Shown here: piece after piece, positions 36,500 through 42,306 of the stretch
Layout: each line of letters begins with the position of its first letter
Position numbering within the stretch: position 1 is the first letter of the stretch
NCBI GenBank assembly: GCA_020425605.1
Contig: JAGQRH010000007.1
Span: 76,834-140,833, forward strand
DNA from: Planctomycetota bacterium
GTDB lineage: Bacteria > Planctomycetota > UBA8742 > UBA2392
Reading direction: 5' to 3'
DNA length: 64,000 bases
Program-made: the position numbers and the translations under genes
Notes under the pieces: generated by a model
Told to the model about the DNA's origin: nothing
The model's input: the letters and a program-made list of their open reading frames with translations, nothing else
The model's database searches: none

Positions 36500-38428
36500 A
36501 TGACGACTGGATCAAAACCGGAAAAGGCAGACGCGCTGGCGACCATCAAGGAAGCGGCCGGCGATGTATCGCGCGCACTGACCGGCGTCGATTTCTCGGG
36601 GCTTGACCTGTCGAGTGTCGACTTCAGTAGACTGAGGCTTGGCGGCGTCAACTTCGGCGCCTGCAACCTCGACGGCGCGAATTTTACCGATGCCGTCGTC
36701 ACACGCTGCAACTTTCGCGGCGCGCGTCTGCGAAAGGCCGTGGCCAGCCGCGCGGTGCTGACCGCCTGCGACTGGGGCAACGCCGATTTTGAATCCGCCG
36801 CGCTGGAAGAAGCCAACTTCATCGGTGGCACGGCCGGCGGCGCAAGGTTCAACAAGGCCAGCCTGTCCCGCGCGCGCTTCGCCAACATGGAACTGGCCAA
36901 GGTCGACTTCCAGCAGGTCACGGCCACCGACTGCGGCTTCGACGGCTGTGTGGTGGCGGGCGCCAATTTTGACGGCGCGAACCTCTCCGGTGCCGGCTTC
37001 ATCCGCGCAGACGTTCGGGGGGCCTCGCTGCGCGGCGTAACACTGGCGCAGACTTTGTTCTTGATGGCCGACCTGCGCGGCGCAGATTTCGAGAGCGCAA
37101 CCGTCAGCGAGACGCTGTTCGACGATGCCGATCTGCGCGAGGCACAGAACCTGCCGGTTCAACTGGACGGCTCCAGCTTCGGTGACGCGAACCTTGAGGG
37201 ACTGGATCTCAACGGCCGAAGCATGACGCAATGCGTGTTCACTGGCGCGAAGCTGGCGGGTACGAATCTCAGCGGCGCTGACGTGACTTCGTGCGACTTC
37301 GCACTCTCGGACCTGTCGGGTGCCAAACTCGACAATGCCATCGCCGGCGAAGCCAACTTTTCCGGCGCGACTGTTACAGGCGCCACGTTCGGCGGCACGC
37401 AACTGATTTACGCCGCCTTCGGCGAGTGCGTGCTCGACGGCCGCGACTTCAGCACCTGCGACCTGCGCGGCGCCGACTTCAACAAGTGCTCGCTGGCCGA
37501 AACCAACTTCATGGGCGCGGTGCTGCGCGGCGCAAACTTCACATCCGTGGACCTCAGGAAATACAGCTTCCGAGGCTGGCAACTCATGGAGGTCGACTTC
37601 AGCGGCTCTGACCTGCGCGAAGCGGATTTCTCGTACGCCGACCTTACCAGCGCCGTCTTCAACGATGCGCTGCTGGAGAGCGCCGACTTCCGCAACGCCG
37701 TCTGCAAGGACACCAGCTTCGCCGGCACGGAGCTCAAGGGTGCGCGCTTTGACGCCGCCAACGTGGACAAGGCGGACTTCACCAACGCGAAGCTGGCGGG
37801 CGTGGATTTCTCCGGCGCGACCCTTAAGGGCGTGATGTTCAACGGCGTCGACCTGACCACGATGCGCATCGACCAGGTACAGAGCTTCCAGTGCAGCTTC
37901 ATCGGCGCGGACCTGCATGGCCTGAAGCTGGCGGGCTCCAGCTTCGTGATGGGCGACTTCACCGATGCGAAGCTGGAGGGTGCGGACTTGACCGGCTGCG
38001 ACCTGTCGCAGGCGACCTTCACCAACGCCAACTGCAAGGCCGCGAAGTTCACCGGCGCGAAGCTGCAGGCGGCACTGTTCGACAAGACGAACCTCGCCGA
38101 GGCGCTGCTGAATGACATCACGGCACACATGGCAAACTTCCAGGAAGCGGAGATGGCCGGCGCGCGCCTCGACGGCGCGATGCTGAAGGAAACGGTGTTC
38201 AACGCCGCCAAGGCGAAGCAGGCAAGCTTCCGCAAGGCAAACCTGAACTACGCACTGCTTGAGAATGCCGAGATCGAGCTGGCTGATCTTTCCGGCGCAA
38301 ACCTGTCACACGCCAGCCTGCACTGCGCGCGCGAGACCGGCGCAAAGTTTGACGGCGCAAACCTGAAGAAGACCATCCGCACTGACGCGGACCGACTGGA
38401 GGCTGAAGCATGGAAACCCAAACGCTGA
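36500..38428 (+). CDS. pentapeptide-repeat protein (almost entirely repeats, 642 aa)
   Basis: Repeats run from ~residue 25 to ~620 (VDFSGLDLSSVDFSRLRLGGVNFGACNLDGANFTDAVV...). The start follows the upstream stop by 1 nt. The 3' end overlaps the next gene by 19 nt. Confidence 0.85.
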   Translation: MTTGSKPEKADALATIKEAAGDVSRALTGVDFSGLDLSSVDFSRLRLGGVNFGACNLDGANFTDAVVTRCNFRGARLRKAVASRAVLTACDWGNADFESAALEEANFIGGTAGGARFNKASLSRARFANMELAKVDFQQVTATDCGFDGCVVAGANFDGANLSGAGFIRADVRGASLRGVTLAQTLFLMADLRGADFESATVSETLFDDADLREAQNLPVQLDGSSFGDANLEGLDLNGRSMTQCVFTGAKLAGTNLSGADVTSCDFALSDLSGAKLDNAIAGEANFSGATVTGATFGGTQLIYAAFGECVLDGRDFSTCDLRGADFNKCSLAETNFMGAVLRGANFTSVDLRKYSFRGWQLMEVDFSGSDLREADFSYADLTSAVFNDALLESADFRNAVCKDTSFAGTELKGARFDAANVDKADFTNAKLAGVDFSGATLKGVMFNGVDLTTMRIDQVQSFQCSFIGADLHGLKLAGSSFVMGDFTDAKLEGADLTGCDLSQATFTNANCKAAKFTGAKLQAALFDKTNLAEALLNDITAHMANFQEAEMAGARLDGAMLKETVFNAAKAKQASFRKANLNYALLENAEIELADLSGANLSHASLHCARETGAKFDGANLKKTIRTDADRLEAEAWKPKR

Positions 38429-38949
38429 ACACGCTGCTGACCGGCACCGACGTCAAGCTCACGCCCGCAAGCGTGCTGCAGACCTCCGGCCGCATGCTGA
38501 CGGTCATGACGGCCGAAGGCGAAGTCGTCGCCGAGAACGCGCTGGCTTTCCCGTACCAGCCGGTGAAGGGCGACAGCCTGCTGGTGATCGGTCAGGGCGA
38601 GCACTGGTTCGCGATCGGCCTGCTGGCCGCGCAAGGTGACATGGCGATCGCGTTTCCCGCCAACGCGGTGTTTTCGGCCCCGCGCGGCGAGATCAAGTTC
38701 AAGTCCGGCAAGGCGATCGACATGCACAGCCCCAACGTGCGCATCCGCGCAGGCAAGCTGGAGCTGCTGGCCAAGACCATCAGTGAAAAGGTCGACAACG
38801 CCTACCGCAGCGTCCGCAAGCTGCTGAAGCTGGATGCCGGGCGTATCAGCACCACCGTCGAAGAAACCACGCACACGCGCGCCGGGCGCTTCGTGGTGAA
38901 TGCCAAGCAGGACGTGAAGATGGACGGCGAGAAGATTTACCTGGGCTAG
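38410..38949 (+). CDS. DUF3540-like protein (family call from synteny plus weak recall)
   Basis: 179 aa. It sits in the recurrent vgrG-DUF2169-pentapeptide-DUF3540-DUF4150 gene order. The sequence is rich in beta-strand-like segments (GEIKFKSGKAIDMHSPNVRIRAGKLELLAK...). Confidence 0.55.
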   Translation: METQTLNTLLTGTDVKLTPASVLQTSGRMLTVMTAEGEVVAENALAFPYQPVKGDSLLVIGQGEHWFAIGLLAAQGDMAIAFPANAVFSAPRGEIKFKSGKAIDMHSPNVRIRAGKLELLAKTISEKVDNAYRSVRKLLKLDAGRISTTVEETTHTRAGRFVVNAKQDVKMDGEKIYLG

Positions 38950-38985
38950 TAAACGCGCGCTCACGCAAGCTGACAGGAGGCTGAC

Positions 38986-39396
38986 ATGTTTCCAGCATCG
39001 AATAAAGCGGCCGGCCAATGCATGGGCATGCCCGATGTGTGCAACGTTCCCGCACCGCCGGCGCCGCCCGTCCCGACACCGTTTCCCAACATCGCCATGT
39101 GCGCACAGGCGCAGCCGGGGTCCTTTTCCTTGAAAGTTAAGGTCGGCGGTGCCAACGCACTCGTCCAGACCAGCAAGATCACCATGAGCAGCGGCGACGA
39201 GGCCGGCAGCCTTGGCGGCGTCATGTCCGGCATGATCAAGGGCCCCTGCGAATACAAGATGGGCAGCATGAAGGTGAAATTCGAGGGCAAGGGCGCTGCG
39301 CACCTTACCTCTATGGTTGCACAGAACGGCAGCAACCCCAACGTGCCCGCCGGGCAACAGATCGCGCCGAGCCAGGTCGTCGTGATGGTCAACTGA
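38986..39396 (+). CDS. PAAR-like DUF4150 protein, stand-alone with no C-terminal toxin domain
   Basis: 136 aa. DUF4150 hallmark GMPDVCNVPAPPAPPVPTPFPNIA, then V.VGG.....TSKI.MSSGDEAG..GGV.SG...G...Y..GS.KVKFEGK.AA.L. Confidence 0.8.
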   Translation: MFPASNKAAGQCMGMPDVCNVPAPPAPPVPTPFPNIAMCAQAQPGSFSLKVKVGGANALVQTSKITMSSGDEAGSLGGVMSGMIKGPCEYKMGSMKVKFEGKGAAHLTSMVAQNGSNPNVPAGQQIAPSQVVVMVN

Positions 39397-39429
39397 TAGA
39401 CGCAACCCCACGTTATGGTAGTGTTTCGC

Positions 39430-39454
39430 TCCCGGGCGGGTGATCCGCCCGGGA
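39430..39454 (+). terminator. strong GC hairpin between the last T6SS gene and sdaA (terminator-like, short U-tail)
   Basis: TCCCGGGCGG-GTGAT-CCGCCCGGGA forms a perfect 10-bp stem, followed by TTGCATCT and then the sdaA ATG at 39463. Confidence 0.45.
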
Positions 39455-39462
39455 TTGCATCT

Positions 39463-40698
39463 ATGGAATCGCTTCGCGAACTCTATCGCATCGGCGCAGG
39501 ACCCTCTGCCAGCCACACAATGGGGCCCAAGCGTGCCGCTGAGCTCTTTCTCCAACGCACACCTGACGCGGCAAGCTGGCGCGTGAGCTTGTTCGCCAGC
39601 CTCGCCGCAACCGGCCGTGGACACCTCACCGACGTCGCCATGCAACAGGTGTTTGCCGGCCGCAATTTCAGCATCGAATGGAAAGCCAGAGAGCGTTTGC
39701 CGCTGCATCCAAACGGGATGCGCTGGGAAGCGCTTGACGCAGCGGGGAACGCGACTGACACCTGGGAAGTCTACAGCATCGGTGGCGGCGCCCTGCGTGA
39801 GGAGAACAGTCCTCCCCCACCGGATCTCTACATTCGCCGCAGCATGAAAGAGATTCTGCAGTACGCGCGCGAGAGCAATCAGCCGCTCTGGAAGTTCGTG
39901 GAAGAGCGCGAAGGCAGAGACATCTGGGACTACTTCGCCGAGTGCTGGAAGGTCATGCAAGAGGCGATCGAGCGCGGCCTCGAAGCCCACGGAGTGCTCC
40001 CCGGCAGCCTGAAGCTTCGCCGCAAGGCCCACCGTCACTATGAACAGGCCAAGGGACGTCCAGGCCCGCTACAACGTACCGGACTGGTAACCGCATACGC
40101 ACTGGCAGTCAGCGAAGAGAACGCCAGCGCCGGCACCGTCGTGACCGCACCGACCTGCGGCGCTTGCGGCGTGCTGCCGGCCGTGCTGCGCTACCTGAAA
40201 GAGACGCTGAATGCCGACGACCGCAAAATCCTGCGCGCCATGGCTACGGCCGGCATTGTCGGCAACCTGGTCAAGACCAACGCCAGCATCAGCGGGGCGG
40301 CGGTCGGCTGCCAGGGTGAAGTCGGCACGGCCTGCGCAATGGCGGCGGCGGCGGCGGCACAGCTGATGGGCGGCGACCAGCGCCAGATCGAGTACGCCGC
40401 CGAGATGGGCATTGAGCATCACCTGGGGCTGACCTGCGACCCCGTGGCGGGCCTGGTGCAGATCCCGTGCATCGAGCGCAACGCCGTGGGCGCCATGCGA
40501 GCGGTCGATTGCGCCGACTACGCGCTGCTGAGCGACGGCGAGCACGAGATCCCGTTCGACACGGTCGTGGCCACCATGAAGGCCACCGGCGAAGACCTGC
40601 AGGAACGCTACCGCGAGACCAGTGAGGGCGGGCTGGCGCGTTTGCACGTCCCCCCCGGGGTGGACGTATCGGCGATTGAGGGCAACCACTGCGCCTGA
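39463..40698 (+). CDS. sdaA: L-serine ammonia-lyase (iron-sulfur-dependent L-serine dehydratase, single chain)
   Basis: ORF 39415-40698. The start is set at ATG 39463 because MESLRELYRIGAGPSASHTMGP aligns residue-for-residue with the E. coli SdaA N-terminus [22 protein letters not shown]. Also present are VVTAPTCGACGVLPAVL, SISGAAVGCQGEVGTACAMAAA, LGLTCDPVAGLVQIPCIERNA and YRETSEGGLA. Confidence 0.92.
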   Translation: MESLRELYRIGAGPSASHTMGPKRAAELFLQRTPDAASWRVSLFASLAATGRGHLTDVAMQQVFAGRNFSIEWKARERLPLHPNGMRWEALDAAGNATDTWEVYSIGGGALREENSPPPPDLYIRRSMKEILQYARESNQPLWKFVEEREGRDIWDYFAECWKVMQEAIERGLEAHGVLPGSLKLRRKAHRHYEQAKGRPGPLQRTGLVTAYALAVSEENASAGTVVTAPTCGACGVLPAVLRYLKETLNADDRKILRAMATAGIVGNLVKTNASISGAAVGCQGEVGTACAMAAAAAAQLMGGDQRQIEYAAEMGIEHHLGLTCDPVAGLVQIPCIERNAVGAMRAVDCADYALLSDGEHEIPFDTVVATMKATGEDLQERYRETSEGGLARLHVPPGVDVSAIEGNHCA

Positions 40699-40748
40699 AC
40701 ACCTATGTTTGGGCCGTTTCGCACTGGTCAAATTGGTCAATAAGTGAT

Positions 40749-40767
40749 TGTGATTTTTATTGTCACA
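40749..40767. promoter_or_regulatory. inverted repeat TGTGA-N9-TCACA in an AT-rich intergenic patch (candidate operator)
   Basis: GGTCAAATTGGTCAATAAGTGATTGTGATTTTTATTGTCACATCG. This holds direct GGTCAA x2 and GTGATT x2 repeats plus the TGTGA/TCACA arms, about 57 nt upstream of the GTG at 40824. Confidence 0.25.
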
Positions 40768-40823
40768 TCGGGCCCGTACACCTACTGTCTTACGCTTCGC
40801 GACGGGGCAGAGAGGTAAATGCA

Positions 40824-41246
40824 GTGAAGGGTTCATACGTTCACCTTCGACTGGGACTGCTGCTGGCAAGTGAGCGGCAGGCCAAACTGGTCGCCCAGCC
40901 ACTGGCCGAGCAGCACCAGGTTCGCCTCGAGCGTTTTGAGCACGCACATGAGGCGATGGATTTCGTGCGCGAGAAGCGTCCGCAGGTAGTAATCGCCGAC
41001 TTCGAGCGCTTCGGGGCGGCCGGCATCTACGGCCTCGCCGACCTGATGTCCGAGGCCGACGCGCCCGTCATCCTGATCGTGCGCGACGTAAGCGAGTGGG
41101 AGCAGGAGCAGTTCAAGACGCTCGGCGTCTTCCACGTGTTCCAGGGCAGCTTCAAGATCAGCGAACTCTGTGACAAGGTAGCCCTCGCACTCAAGCGGCG
41201 CTTCCGAATCGGCAGCAGCGACCGCCTGCCAACCGTGGGCGTCTAG
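40824..41246 (+). CDS. stand-alone receiver-like (CheY-fold) protein with a degenerate active site
   Basis: 140 aa with a GTG start. The pattern LGLLLASE....(beta1), PQVVIADFE (Asp at the phospho-acceptor position) and PVILIVRD fits a REC fold. However, the N-terminal acidic pair is A-S-E and the conserved Lys position reads FQGSF. Confidence 0.4.
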   Translation: MKGSYVHLRLGLLLASERQAKLVAQPLAEQHQVRLERFEHAHEAMDFVREKRPQVVIADFERFGAAGIYGLADLMSEADAPVILIVRDVSEWEQEQFKTLGVFHVFQGSFKISELCDKVALALKRRFRIGSSDRLPTVGV

Positions 41247-41262
41247 GCCAAACAGGCACGAG

Positions 41263-41300
41263 AAACGCGCGCGGCTTCGGTCGCGCGCGTTTTTGATTTG
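41263..41300. terminator. bidirectional Rho-independent terminator between convergent genes
   Basis: AAACGCGCGCG-GCTTCGGT-CGCGCGCGTTT (11-bp stem) followed by TTGATTTG. The reverse complement is also followed by a T-rich run (TTTCTCG). Confidence 0.8.
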
Positions 41301-41321
41301 TCCCGTCCGCGCTTTGGCAGC

Positions 41322-42068
41322 CTACTTCAGAAACCAGGCCGGGTTTCGCAGCACGATGTCGTCACGTTCGCGGAGGTGGTCGAGGAACCAATACTTGTGC
41401 CAGGCGCCGAACATGATGAGGAAGCGCTTCTCCTCACCCTTGTGCTGGTCCAGTGCCGCCGTGATCAAGGCGTAGTGCGCACCCGTGATGTTCTCCCAGC
41501 CGCCGGGGCCGAGGTCGTCATTGAACAGCCTGCTGTAGGGCTCCAGCCCCTGCCGAACCGCCTCATCGTATCGGTCCGAGTGTATCTCGAATGGGTCGTC
41601 GCTGGTGTGATCCGACAGCCAGGCGTAGCCCGCGTTCACCTCAGCCGTGTCATCTGGTCGCGTATGCTTCCAGATCTCAAGCTTGGTCGACCGGTCTCGC
41701 GACATCTCGGCCGTCCATGCGGAAACGGGGATCAGTTCAAAGTGCAATTGGTCACGCAACGGCAAAGCAACCTGAACGAACTCGGGATAGACCAGACTGC
41801 GCGGCTCCGTCACGACGCCGTTCTGCTCGTATTGCTCTATTGCGATCGGCAGACGATCCGGCGGGATCTCGACCATCACGTAGTCCGGCCGGATGGCCCG
41901 GACCCACTTTTCCACAACGTCTAGACCATAGCTCTCGCTTCGAAGGTGGCCTGAGTGGATCATCCCCATCACAACGACTTCATTGCGACCGTTCAGTGTC
42001 TCAATCGGACGCTTTGCCACGCATCCAGCGAGCAAAGGCACAACCAGAATCAGTGCGAGTCGTTTCAT
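41322..42068 (-). CDS. lipoprotein of unknown function (possibly TraB/GumN/ChaN-Tiki superfamily; weak)
   Basis: ORF 41322-42182 (-). The start is set at ATG 42068 (MKRLALILVVPLLAGC lipobox). MGMIHSGH and IMFGAWHKYW resemble the conserved His motifs of that superfamily, but I cannot verify this. Confidence 0.55.
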   Translation of the reverse strand: MKRLALILVVPLLAGCVAKRPIETLNGRNEVVVMGMIHSGHLRSESYGLDVVEKWVRAIRPDYVMVEIPPDRLPIAIEQYEQNGVVTEPRSLVYPEFVQVALPLRDQLHFELIPVSAWTAEMSRDRSTKLEIWKHTRPDDTAEVNAGYAWLSDHTSDDPFEIHSDRYDEAVRQGLEPYSRLFNDDLGPGGWENITGAHYALITAALDQHKGEEKRFLIMFGAWHKYWFLDHLRERDDIVLRNPAWFLK

Positions 42069-42306
42069 TCCTATACCCCGGATCGAAACAGTGGATTTGG
42101 AGCCAGCATTCCGGCATTGCGAGGCCCGTTCAAGGCCGGCCTGCTGGTTCGAACCTGCTGAGAATGAAGGGCTTGCGTACAAACGGTCGCTTCGTTAGGC
42201 TTTTCGCGTTCAAAACTAGCAGATTCGATTACGGGTGCTGATGTCACCCCGTGGAATGGCCGCGGGATGGATCGCCATGACGAACCGGGACGGGCGGAGG
42301 TAGATC

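Noticed and set aside
35640-38400. The strong short-period repetitiveness of the DNA might indicate a CRISPR array, a satellite, or a recent tandem amplification.
   Set aside because: The 15-nt periodicity is degenerate and in frame, and it translates into A(D/N)LXX pentapeptide repeats. There are no conserved direct repeats with unique spacers.
12721-39396. Recent horizontal acquisition of the T6SS island.
   Set aside because: By eye, base composition and codon style match the flanking housekeeping genes (gltX, sdaA, uppS). There are no transposases, integrases, flanking repeats or tRNA at the borders. A proper GC-skew or k-mer analysis was not possible here.
39463-40698. L-serine dehydratase as T6SS cargo or a locus component, because it directly follows the PAAR-like gene.
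   Set aside because: It is a full-length housekeeping-type SdaA with all Fe-S and catalytic motifs. It is separated from the T6SS genes by a 10-bp GC hairpin, and it has no PAAR, MIX, Rhs or other delivery domain.
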